From assembly GCA_964035545.1 (NCBI GenBank), contig OZ037771.1:5055190-5119189 (forward strand): DNA of 64,000 bases, read 5' to 3'. The notes beneath the pieces are model-generated. The model made no database searches, had not been told where the DNA came from, and was given only the letters and a program-made list of their open reading frames with translations. Positions 1 through 9,434 of this stretch are shown here, piece by piece (position 1 is the first letter of the stretch; each line of letters begins with the position of its first letter). The position numbers and the translations under genes are program-made. This stretch comes from Bugula neritina (taxonomy: Eukaryota; Animalia; Bryozoa).

Positions 1-1
1 A

Positions 2-691
2 AGCGAAGCTAAAAAATTAACGAATCAACCTAACTTCAAAAATTATACGATATCTTTTTTCGAAAATCTCGTAGCCGTTCATATGAATGTAACGAAACTA
101 AAATTTGATAAGCTCGTATATTTAGGCGCAGCAATTTTAGACATTAGTAAAACTCTAATGTATAACTTTCATTACAATTATATTAAACCAAAATATATTG
201 CAAACGCGCAGTTGTTATTTACGGATACGGATAGTTTAATGTATCACGTACAAACAAAAGATTTTTACGTGGATATAGCTCCAGACGTTGCTAGCACGTT
301 TGACACGAGTAATTATCCTAAAAATCACTCATTACCAACTGGTGTAAATAAAAAGGTAATAGGCATGTTTAAGGATGAAGCCGGCGGTAAACAAATTACT
401 GAATTTGTTGGATTGAGAGCTAAGTTGTACTCTTATAAAATGGATGGCGTAGAAGAGAAAAAGTGTAAGGGTATTAATAAAACTACGCGTGATAATCGTA
501 TAACGTTTGAGGATTATTATAACTGTCTTATTACTAGAAAAGATCAACATAGAACGATGAATGTGTTGAGAAGCCATAAGCATACAATGTATGCCGAAAC
601 AATAAATAAAGTAGCTCTGTCGGCTGAAGACGATAAGAGAATAATACTAGAAGATGGAATAACAACGATTTCTTATGGTTATAATAAATGA
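2..691 (+). CDS. Protein-primed DNA polymerase B, C-terminal part (5' truncated by window)
   Basis: Frame open from base 2. Motifs LLFTDTDSL, GMFKDE, FVGLRAKLYSY, KCKGI and DDKR are typical of Polinton pPolB. Confidence 0.93.
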   Translation, partial: SEAKKLTNQPNFKNYTISFFENLVAVHMNVTKLKFDKLVYLGAAILDISKTLMYNFHYNYIKPKYIANAQLLFTDTDSLMYHVQTKDFYVDIAPDVASTFDTSNYPKNHSLPTGVNKKVIGMFKDEAGGKQITEFVGLRAKLYSYKMDGVEEKKCKGINKTTRDNRITFEDYYNCLITRKDQHRTMNVLRSHKHTMYAETINKVALSAEDDKRIILEDGITTISYGYNK

Positions 692-973
692 GTATAAAGT
701 TATCAAATAAGCTCGATAGAGCTTATGTGATAACGATGAAATTATTAAATTAGAAAACGAATACGAACAAAAACTTAATCGTTTTAATTGGTTATCAAAA
801 TCGTTTATAAAAGATTCTAAATTAGAAATTAATTCTATGTTATCAAAATTTTTAAGTGACGCTCATATAGACGAACAAGAGTACGACGCTATAACCAAAA
901 AATATAAAGATATTAATAGCGTAATATCGAATAAAAAAAGCGATATAATAGTCGCTCGTAACAACGTTTGTTA
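688..973 (+). pseudogene. Small frameshifted Polinton ORF, possibly related to the adintovirus GasderminX C-terminus
   Basis: TAAATG start at 688, frameshift near 730, then INSMLSKFLSDAHIDEQEYDAITKKY. The family assignment is from recalled motif resemblance only. Confidence 0.3.
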
Positions 974-1095
974 ATTAATTATATTATAATTAATTAAAAA
1001 AGGGAGTTCAATATAAAAATTATCCGTATAGGCTGCTAAATAGCGCGTCCTAAGAGCGAATTACGTGTGCTGTATTTATATATTTATTCTTTAAA

Positions 1096-1488
1096 CTATA
1101 ATATATTTCGTCTTTTTTCTATTTCGTCTTCAGCGTATTTTAGTTTAGTAAAAAATAATGGTATTCTAGCCGCTGCATAATTCATTAAACCTACGTTAAG
1201 TTCTTGAATTATTTCTTTACTTTTGTAAATAGTTTTTATTTTCAGTTTTTTATCATCGTCTTTATAAATAATTTCTTTTTTGTTATTATAAGTAATTTCT
1301 TCAAACGTTCCGCGCTCATTAGACGGATTATTCATTTCGTCTAATATATTAAATTGTTTATAAATAATTCTTTCTTTAATATTACCGCTTTCGTATACTC
1401 GTTTTTCACAATCATTGTTTTTATATATCGTTTCGGTAATTGGGGTGCCGTCGAGGCTTTTATAAGTAATTACTGTTGGGTCAACCAT
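1096..1488 (-). CDS. Polinton hypothetical protein (130 aa)
   Basis: ORF with the same TAAATG start context as other element genes; no recognisable motif. Confidence 0.6.
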   Translation of the reverse strand: MVDPTVITYKSLDGTPITETIYKNNDCEKRVYESGNIKERIIYKQFNILDEMNNPSNERGTFEEITYNNKKEIIYKDDDKKLKIKTIYKSKEIIQELNVGLMNYAAARIPLFFTKLKYAEDEIEKRRNIL

Positions 1489-1507
1489 TTATATATGTTT
1501 TCTTTAA

Positions 1508-2074
1508 CTATAGCAGCATGCCTAAAAAAGGAATATTTTTAAACGGACTATTTGGACCTAAAATTAAACCTTCGCCTTTTATATAGCTAGAACCTTGTTT
1601 TAAATATAAACCGTTACCTTTCATTAAATTAGACGGTGCGACTGGTTTTAAAGTAATAGAACTGTTTGAATTAGGTTCTACGGAACATACGCACCCACCT
1701 TTTTTCAAATAAAGACCTTTACCTTTAATAGCTCTTTCAACTCCGGCGCTAGCGGCTCCCGAAAGCACACCCGGTATAATAGTTTTTAATAGCGTAGGTA
1801 TTACTCTCGTAGCTATACCCAATAGAGGTCCTAAAAATCCTCCGTTCATTGACGCGTTAGTTTTTACTAACGATGGAGACATTTCGAGCGTTATATTTTT
1901 TTTATTCGCGTTTAATGCTTTTAAAATATTATCGTTTTGCGTTTTCGTAACGGCTAGTTTATCATTTCCGCTTTCGAGAGGCAATTTAATAGTACAACCC
2001 TTGCCGCTTCTATAAGCGTTCATTTTTTTTTTTTGCGCCTGTGGCACGTTTCCTGTAATTTCGCAATAACCCAT
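1508..2074 (-). CDS. Polinton/adintovirus core or membrane-active protein (cupiennin/pVI-like)
   Basis: GGFLGPLLGIATRVIPTLLK amphipathic segment, repeated GxGL motifs resembling maturation-protease sites, and C-terminal GLILGPNSPFKNIPFLGMLL. Confidence 0.65.
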   Translation of the reverse strand: MGYCEITGNVPQAQKKKMNAYRSGKGCTIKLPLESGNDKLAVTKTQNDNILKALNANKKNITLEMSPSLVKTNASMNGGFLGPLLGIATRVIPTLLKTIIPGVLSGAASAGVERAIKGKGLYLKKGGCVCSVEPNSNSSITLKPVAPSNLMKGNGLYLKQGSSYIKGEGLILGPNSPFKNIPFLGMLL

Positions 2075-2086
2075 TTATATAATACA

Positions 2087-2845
2087 TTAAACTTCTCTCA
2101 AATGAAATCTTATTGAGAGTTGTTCACCGCTAAGATCTAATAAATTACCTTTTTGATCAGTTACTGTAACGGTTAACGTCTTAATATATTTAACGTGAGC
2201 GGGTAAGTATATTAAATTATGAGGTTTTTCTATTATTTTATATCCCGGACTAACGCTCGGAAAAAATGAATAAATAACGGGTTTATAAGTACCATCGATA
2301 TAACTTCCGTTAATACAATCAACTTGTACGTGTATAGCGTTTACATTTAAAATATTTACTATGTTCGTAGCTTCAATATGAGGTTGATTATATATTGCTG
2401 CATCAAAACCTAAAACGTCTCTTATAGAATTTTCAACGTTAAAATCTATTCGATAATTAGGTTTTAATTTAAGTATAATTCTAAAAGTTACTTTATTAGC
2501 TTGTAAAGTAATACCGTTTCTATTACCACCCTCTTTTACTATTTCGTCTTGAATAGCTTCTTCTAATTGATCTAATTCGTACACTCCAATCGGTAACGAA
2601 ACTAAATACCACGTATTACCACCGTCTTTAGACCATCTATAGGAATTTCTATCAGCACTAATGTTTGGAAAAGAATAAAACGTATCTAAACTAATAAGAC
2701 ACATTTCGTATTTTTTATTTTTATTTAATTCTATAGGCGGATTAAGTTGAGTAATTATTCTCGTTTTAGTATCGGTAACTCCTATAGTCATTGTTTGTTT
2801 AGAGGCCGTATTATCGGCAATTTCTCTTAATAATTTGTTTTCCAT
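2087..2845 (-). CDS. Minor capsid protein (penton, PX)
   Basis: FYSFPNI, LPIGVYEL, GSYIDG, IYSFFPSVSPGYKIIEKP..LIYLP and DQKGNLLDLSGE..IRFHLR match Polinton penton motifs; adjacent to the major capsid gene. Confidence 0.88.
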   Translation of the reverse strand: MENKLLREIADNTASKQTMTIGVTDTKTRIITQLNPPIELNKNKKYEMCLISLDTFYSFPNISADRNSYRWSKDGGNTWYLVSLPIGVYELDQLEEAIQDEIVKEGGNRNGITLQANKVTFRIILKLKPNYRIDFNVENSIRDVLGFDAAIYNQPHIEATNIVNILNVNAIHVQVDCINGSYIDGTYKPVIYSFFPSVSPGYKIIEKPHNLIYLPAHVKYIKTLTVTVTDQKGNLLDLSGEQLSIRFHLREV

Positions 2846-4113
2846 TCATATAACTTTTAAATTATTCCCATCGGAAGTGAGAGACATAGTTTTATCGGAT
2901 AAAATTAGCGGGTAAGCTTGAGTATTAGCCGGCACGTTTTGACTAAATTGAACTCTCAATTGAATATCGGCTACGCTACTTTTAAGAGCCTCGCTTTGCT
3001 TACTAACGTCTATTACGAACAAAGCGTAAAGATCTTTATATTCCGAAGGTAATACGTTTGAATAAGCGATTAGCTCGTTTATACCATAATAATCTCCACA
3101 AAATTTTGAAGCGTCTCCGTACACTCTACTAAACTTCATTTTAGCGAAATCTATATCGTAATCAACCTCGGGATACCGCTCGCTATTTAACATCGCGTAT
3201 ACGCTTTTAACGTTAACGTGATCGAATACGGCCGGATTAGTCGTTTGACTTTCCGTCTTATTCGCTTGAAAACCTACGATAATATATTTAGGTTTTTCCG
3301 TATCTCCTCTAGAACCCAAACGCTACGTAAAGTTAGTAGTTTGCGGTACCGAAATACTATCGCACCATCTAGATCTATATATTATTGGAAGTTGAGTTTT
3401 ACTCTCTATAATCTTATAGAGCTTATTTTTCATTTCAAAACTTGGAGTTATATGAGGCATCCACCACGATACTTTATCCAATGTTATTTTTCCAGCGTCT
3501 ACGCCGTTAGCTCTATAAATGGCGTTATCGTTGGTATCGCGTACTAGCGTTAGTTGATGTTTTATACCGTACAAAACTTTTTCGTAATCATCGGCAAACC
3601 AAACAAATGTCTGAGATCCACCTCAATACTAAAAGTTCCTTTAGGGTCGGGCTTTTGTATCAAATAAACTTGACGAGCCGCGAAACCTAAATTAGCGACG
3701 GCAGCGGCTGCGGTAGTGTCTTTTGACCACAACTGGTTAAGACCTCTCGACTTGCCGTAATCATCGGGATAAGTTAGCAAATCCATCATAGTCGAAACGT
3801 GTCCAGGATTATTTATATATTCCAAGTCGTGCCCGTCGAGTTGATATCTAATACTTTTAAACAAATAAGCCATACCGTTATTAATTAACGTTACTAAGTC
3901 GGCGTAAGCGGTTCCGTCATTTTTCGTTAAACGTCCTTCGATAATCAAATAACTTTTACTCGGCTGAACGTACAAATCTTGTTGATTAATAACTATTCTA
4001 ATTTCACCGGGGTGATTTAAATTGGTTCCCGTTACGGGTTCGTATTCGTGTACCTGATCGCGCTCTACGCTCGTATCGGTTACAATTTTATGCGTAATGT
4101 TCAAAGAGTCCAT
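2846..4113 (-). pseudogene. Major capsid protein (double jelly-roll, PY), disrupted
   Basis: Three consecutive ORFs (3562-4113, 3323-3574, 2846-3319) join into one ~420-aa capsid protein after correcting a 1-bp deletion near 3597 (restores HLFGFADDYEKVLYG) and an in-frame TAG at 3323-3325 (FT*RL, probably W). Motifs GEIRI, PSKSYLIIEG, KPKYIIVGFQ, LNSERYP. Confidence 0.88.
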
Positions 4114-4134
4114 TTATTATAGTAAAATAATTTC

Positions 4135-4455
4135 TTAATAAGCTACAGCTTGTCCGCTTCCTTCTAAAATATTACTTATATTATTATTATTAAGTACTTT
4201 TAATATGTTTTTAGTTTGATTAAGCTTTTGTAGTATAGCTTGACTTTTAGCGTTTAACTTTTTTTGCCTTCTTTTTTTAATAGCGTTAACAATTTTTTCA
4301 CCAGCCGCGGTACCCGCTTTAGTTATAGCCTTTTTACCTAATTCTCTTACGCTGGAATTATTAGCTATTTTAGTTACTACATTTTTAATGGTGTCAAATA
4401 TTCCACCACCGGCGTAGTGTCTTTGCAATCTATGTCGTTTATTGTATACATACAT
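4135..4455 (-). CDS. Basic core-like protein precursor (pVII-like)
   Basis: Very K/R-rich, with AGGGIF and EGSG glycine motifs; immediately upstream of the capsid gene. Confidence 0.6.
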   Translation of the reverse strand: MYVYNKRHRLQRHYAGGGIFDTIKNVVTKIANNSSVRELGKKAITKAGTAAGEKIVNAIKKRRQKKLNAKSQAILQKLNQTKNILKVLNNNNISNILEGSGQAVAY

Positions 4456-4499
4456 TTATTATATGAGAATACTTTTATAATAGTCATGAGTAATAATTT

Positions 4500-5264
4500 T
4501 CATTCTAAGTAATAGTCTAATATAGCCACAATTTCGTTTCGCACTCCCGTATTTCCAGCTCTAGCGCTAGAAATTAAAAGTTCGAGTCGTTCTATTAAAG
4601 CATTAGGGTCAGACGATAAATAAACTACTCCATTACCTCTCTTAGCTTTTTTATAATCAGCGGATTTAGCTCTCTTCGGATATAATTTTTCCCAAATAGG
4701 TCTAACAATATGTTTCCACTTATAACTATTTTTATCTACGGGAGTATTTTTACTTTGATAAATCGCTCCAGCATCATAAAGTATATCGCTATAATTTTCT
4801 ATATCATTATCGTCGTAATTCATAGGTATTTTACGCGTTAAAAGGCTCAAGAGTCCTTTAGTCGCTAAGCATTCCTCGTTATTAAATATAACTTTACCGT
4901 CATTAAATTGTATAGGTTTAGTACCAATAATGTATTTATCGTTTTCCCACTTTACGTTATAAGCCCCCAATTCTAAACCCGCTAAAGCTATTTGAGTATT
5001 TACGTCTAAGTTTAGGACTCCGTCAGTTATTGCTTGCATAGGAGTATAATTTTGCACAACTGAATCTTGCAACTGTTTTAACGCGTTAGTTGTTTGAGCT
5101 TGAGAAGCGATTACGGGTTCAAAATATTTTTCTTGAGCCATTGCGGCATTTAATTCTTGCTCGCGTTCTCGTTTAAAGTTTTCTTTTATTCTATTCTTTC
5201 GAGAAATAAAATCTTGTACGATCTTATCTCTTTTTACTGGGTTGTAAATCTTTAAGTAACTCAT
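4500..5264 (-). CDS. Conserved Polinton protein of unknown function
   Basis: TKGLLSLLT, Y..IL, SYKWK and C-terminal DPNALIERLELLISSARAGNTG..NEI..IL, a pattern I recognise from Polinton hypothetical proteins. Confidence 0.72.
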   Translation of the reverse strand: MSYLKIYNPVKRDKIVQDFISRKNRIKENFKREREQELNAAMAQEKYFEPVIASQAQTTNALKQLQDSVVQNYTPMQAITDGVLNLDVNTQIALAGLELGAYNVKWENDKYIIGTKPIQFNDGKVIFNNEECLATKGLLSLLTRKIPMNYDDNDIENYSDILYDAGAIYQSKNTPVDKNSYKWKHIVRPIWEKLYPKRAKSADYKKAKRGNGVVYLSSDPNALIERLELLISSARAGNTGVRNEIVAILDYYLE

Positions 5265-5366
5265 TTATTATATATATAATTTGTGTCCATGGACACGAAC
5301 ACATTTGTGTCTACTTTACGTTTAATTTGTGTCTACTTTTTATGGACACAAACACATTTGTGTCCA

Positions 5367-6734
5367 CTATAAACGTTCTAAAACATTTAAATCTACCCAC
5401 GAGTTTTGAGACTCGGGATAACCCAACCATTTTACTAAAGCCTTTTTACCTTTCTTTTTAATTACGCGCTCTATTCTATAAATTTCTTGACTCGTCTTTT
5501 GTAATTCCTGTTCATAAAAAGATCCTTGAATTTCTTCCGAGTCAGTTAATTTATAAGTCGTTGGATTCGTATATAATATTTTACTTATAGTAAACACCTC
5601 CTCCGTCCATCTAACGGTATAACCTTTTTCAAACGTTCGCTTTTTACGAGGTATACGCACCCTATCGCCTATAGCGAATTTAGGTTTAGAAGGCGCTAAT
5701 AAGTTTGGATATAATTTCATGCGTACTTTATTTTCATTAGAGGAGTCACTAGCTTCAATCGGTGTCATTCCAATAGACCTATATTTAGTCTCGTTATACC
5801 GTTTTACTAAATCTTTTAGTACGTCTATATATTTATAAGTATTATTAGCCGAAAAATATTTAAACATTCGCTCTTTCATAGTTCTATTCCACCTTTCTAC
5901 TACGCTAGACTTTTCTTCATTTTCCGTAGAATATAAGTCTATTAAGGACTTTACGTTTTTATTATGAAACTCTTTTCCCTTATCAACCCATAAATGTTGA
6001 GGCTTACGACGAGTTAAAATTGTTTTTAAAGCTAAAGCCGTCGCTTTACCGGTTTTATTTTTTAAAGGTATTATCCAACCATATTTTGAAAATACGTCTA
6101 TTACCGTTGGTAAATATTTATAACCATTATTAAATTTAGCGAATTCGGTCATATCAACCAAGTCAGCCGCCCAAATGTCATCAATACCCGATACCCAAAC
6201 TCGTCTTTTACGAAACTTTTTTTGTACCGGTTTATGCAGTTCTTCGGCTAACTCGTCCGTCCAGTTTTTTAAACCCCATCCTAAACGCTTTTTCGCTCCT
6301 ATTATTGCTGAGGCAAAACGACTATGTCGCTGTTCGGTGGGCGTAGGATTAGGTATAGCTTTTAATTCGTTTAGCATTTTTTTATCACATATTTCGTTTC
6401 TAGTTTTAGTATCTTTATTAAGCGCGTAACATATGTCGTGTCTCATAGCTATAGCGTCATCTCGATCTACCGGTTTACTCTCTTCTTTAGGAGTCATATC
6501 ATCATTAAGACGCTTATTTAATTTAGTACCTGGTCCTAAAAAATTATGACCGGGGTAATGCAATTTAAAGGGTAAATTATTTATTAAATTATTCGCTAAA
6601 CCCGACCCAACAAATGTAGTTTTTTTACATCCGCATTGACCGCAATTACCGTAACCCATTAGTTTATTATTTTTACTTACTCTCTTTTCGCAATTAAGAG
6701 TTTTTGTTTTAATTTTACACTTACAACAATACAT
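5367..6734 (-). CDS. Retroviral-type integrase with N-terminal Zn-ribbon and parvovirus-like PLA2 domain and C-terminal chromodomain
   Basis: CCKC...CGQC; PGHNFLGPG...DAIAMRHDICY; DDE residues in WAADLVD / WVDKGKEF / VVERWNRT; IERVIKKKGKKALVKWLGYPESQNSW chromodomain. Confidence 0.93.
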   Translation of the reverse strand: MYCCKCKIKTKTLNCEKRVSKNNKLMGYGNCGQCGCKKTTFVGSGLANNLINNLPFKLHYPGHNFLGPGTKLNKRLNDDMTPKEESKPVDRDDAIAMRHDICYALNKDTKTRNEICDKKMLNELKAIPNPTPTEQRHSRFASAIIGAKKRLGWGLKNWTDELAEELHKPVQKKFRKRRVWVSGIDDIWAADLVDMTEFAKFNNGYKYLPTVIDVFSKYGWIIPLKNKTGKATALALKTILTRRKPQHLWVDKGKEFHNKNVKSLIDLYSTENEEKSSVVERWNRTMKERMFKYFSANNTYKYIDVLKDLVKRYNETKYRSIGMTPIEASDSSNENKVRMKLYPNLLAPSKPKFAIGDRVRIPRKKRTFEKGYTVRWTEEVFTISKILYTNPTTYKLTDSEEIQGSFYEQELQKTSQEIYRIERVIKKKGKKALVKWLGYPESQNSWVDLNVLERL

Positions 6735-6746
6735 TTATTATAATAA

Positions 6747-7507
6747 ATGGAAATAGAAAATCTTTCGTGGAAAAACGAAATTAATCGTAATAATAATCCT
6801 TTACTTCCTAAAAGCATAAGAGGTCTTACCGTTGGAAAGTCTGGATGCGGTAAAACTACGTTACTTTGTAACTTACTATTACAACCTAATTGGCTCGATT
6901 ACGATGAACTTATGATTTACGGTAAAAGCCTTTCTCTACCCGAATATATAAATATGAAAAAACTTTCGAGCTCGGATTAACTAAAGAAGAAATTTTAAAT
7001 TTTTTTAAAAATAACGAAACGATTGTAAATTCGGGTATAAACGTAAATCGTATTTTAAAAAGTTACGCTACGTGTAACGGTAATATAAACGCTGAATTTA
7101 TTGAATCTAATGACGACGTTTATGACCCTAGCGAATTAAACGCTAGTAATAAAAATTTAATAATATTCGATGATTTAATGTTGGAAAAACAAAAAACTTG
7201 CGAAAGTTATTACGTAAGAGGACGACACAATAACGTCGATTGCTTTTATTTGTCGCAAAATTATTTTAAGCTACCTAGAAACACTATTCGAGAAAACGCT
7301 AATTTTATTTGCTTATTTCCTCAAGATGGAAAAAATCTAAATCATATATATCAAGATCACGTAACCGGAGATATAGCATTAAACGAATTTAAAGACTTTT
7401 GTTATAAAGGATGGCAAAAACCTCACGGATTTATTACTTTAGATCTATCATCCTCAAAAAATAATGGGAGGTATAGACACGGGCTAGACGAATTTTATAT
7501 ACCATAA
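6747..7507 (+). pseudogene. A32/FtsK-like DNA packaging ATPase, frameshifted
   Basis: Walker A GKSGCGKTT in 6747-6980; frameshift in the A-run near 6960; Walker B LIIFDDL (~7157-7177), RGRH, YLSQNYF and IREN in the downstream frame. Confidence 0.9.
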
Positions 7508-7509
7508 TA

Positions 7510-7991
7510 AATGAGTGTTTTTTAAATTTGGTAAATCATTAGCGAAAGAAAATTATATCGAAAGAGTCGTAACTAAAAATAATGATGTTTTTATACAATC
7601 TTTTAGCGCAACGATTAATATAGGAATGTTATTGGGATATATAGTGAATAAACCGATAGAATTGAAATACGCTCTATTAGAATTTCAACATCTTCCAGCT
7701 AATAATGATAATCCTTTATATCGGAAAGATAAAAATTTAACTTTAATCATCGGTGATGTTAATAACCCTCTCGAACACAATACTAAAGAATATATAATTC
7801 AAGGAGGTGTTGCGCGCGTAAAAATACCTATGTTGGAATATGTTGAAAGCGATAAAAATATTGGATTAGTATTACACTGCTCGAGCGATTATACTAGTCG
7901 TAAACCCGATGACATTACGGTTAATGACAACGCGCCTATAGCTTTACCGTTTGAATTAGTGTCGTTAAAACTTTACTACAATTATAAATGA
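7510..7991 (+). CDS. Polinton hypothetical protein (true ATG probably 7510, with a 1-bp insertion in the T-run)
   Basis: TAAATG at 7507-7512; the corrected N-terminus MSVFKFG parallels MSVYKFG of the next ORF. Confidence 0.55.
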
Positions 7992-8764
7992 GTGTTTATA
8001 AATTCGGAGGAAGCGGAAAAACGCAAATAGATACAAAAAAATTCGTTTTAATAAACGGTAGTAGTACTCTTACGGGTACGCTAGATATGGGGGAAAATAA
8101 AATATCTAGAGTCATTGATCCGGCTGACGATCAAGACGCGGCTACAAAAAAATACGTTAATGCTACGAGTATGCCTAAAATACAAAATCCCATTAATCAG
8201 TTAACTATATCAACTGATGACGGATGCGTTATAGATAGTGATTTAAAAGTTGATGATGTTATTACAAAAACTAATGTATCTAATTACGCTATGCCTCTTA
8301 TACAAAATCCAACAAATAAATTAACCGCGTCAACCGATATCGGTAGCGTTGTCGACAGTAGTATAAGTATTAGCGAAGTCGTTACAAAAACAAATATAGA
8401 TAAACACGCTATACCCTTTATACAAAACCCAACAAATAAATTAACCATTTCAACTACTTCGGGTAATGTTATAGATAGTAGCTTAAGCGTTAACAATGTT
8501 ATTACAACTAATAATATAAATAATTTCGCAATGAATAAAATACAACCGTCAATCGGAGGTAAATTATTAATGCTTTCGAGTGATGGTAATATCGTAGAAA
8601 CCGGTATAAATATTACAGATATTATTACTACTTATAATATATCGGGTTACGCTATTCCTAAATTACAAGGAGCAATTGGTAATAAATTAGTAATATCAAC
8701 GAGTGATGGTGATATAATAGAATCTACTGAATCTCAACCCGTATTTCCAAGTTATAACGTTTAA
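7988..8764 (+). CDS. Fibre/tail-like repeat protein
   Basis: LDMGENKI..V.DP.DDQDAATKKYV neck-like motif followed by about 4.5 tandem 40-aa repeats (P.IQNPTNKLTIST..G.VIDS....VIT..NI...A). Confidence 0.65.
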   Translation: MSVYKFGGSGKTQIDTKKFVLINGSSTLTGTLDMGENKISRVIDPADDQDAATKKYVNATSMPKIQNPINQLTISTDDGCVIDSDLKVDDVITKTNVSNYAMPLIQNPTNKLTASTDIGSVVDSSISISEVVTKTNIDKHAIPFIQNPTNKLTISTTSGNVIDSSLSVNNVITTNNINNFAMNKIQPSIGGKLLMLSSDGNIVETGINITDIITTYNISGYAIPKLQGAIGNKLVISTSDGDIIESTESQPVFPSYNV

Positions 8765-8969
8765 ACACTAAATTATTATATTCTCAACGTATTATCTTAC
8801 TAATAGTAACGAGTGAATAAAAAATTAATATTTGTCCCAGAACATATAATTTCTGGGACATAATAGAGTAGTAGAATAATGTTGAGTTCTGGGACAACCT
8901 CCTGACACCGGAGAGTCAAAGACTCGACGGGGGAAGGGGTTGTCCCAGAACCAACCACTTCCTACTACT

Positions 8970-9232
8970 AGCGTTATTGGTTGATGTTGTGCTCAGCAAC
9001 CTTGAATACTAGCGTTATAGTTAGCACGTGCAGCATAGTTACTGGCGTTCACACGTCACGTATTAGGCTATTCTTTTTCATGGCTGAAAATTTTACCTCC
9101 CTCAAAATTGGAATTTTGAAAAGCTGTTTTCTAGGCACATATCCCTTTGCAAAGTCACAATTGTTTGCATACACATTAGATTATAGTTCATAATTATAAT
9201 GTGATTGTAATAAACTAAGATTGAGCAATCCT
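8970..9232. mobile_element. Right end of a Kolobok-like non-autonomous DNA transposon inserted at TTAA
   Basis: Ends ...GCAATCCT|TTAA (9233-9236). Homology to the copy-2 intron starts exactly at this TTAA (27986-27989). Left end not visible. Confidence 0.4.
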
Positions 9233-9434
9233 TTAAGTCAAATAATCATTCTAGTCTATATTTTCGGTTTGGCCTGTGTTCTAGTCATTTGCCACAGTTG
9301 TGCTGTCAAACGCGATTTATCTCTCAGGCTATGTTAGATACTTAACTATTATGTATTTAATCAAGTTTTACTTTTAAGCATAATACATTTGATATAGAAT
9401 AATACTAAAGTTATATTATATACTTACTTGGTAG

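Larger units (their letters stand above)
1..8969. mobile_element. Polinton/Maverick (adintovirus-like) endogenous viral element, right-hand part, degenerate
   Basis: Intronless, densely packed ORFs for pPolB, penton, major capsid, rve integrase and A32-like ATPase. Ends in ...CTACTACT (8962-8969), the complement of the AGTAGT Polinton terminus. Left end and TSD are outside the window. Confidence 0.93.
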
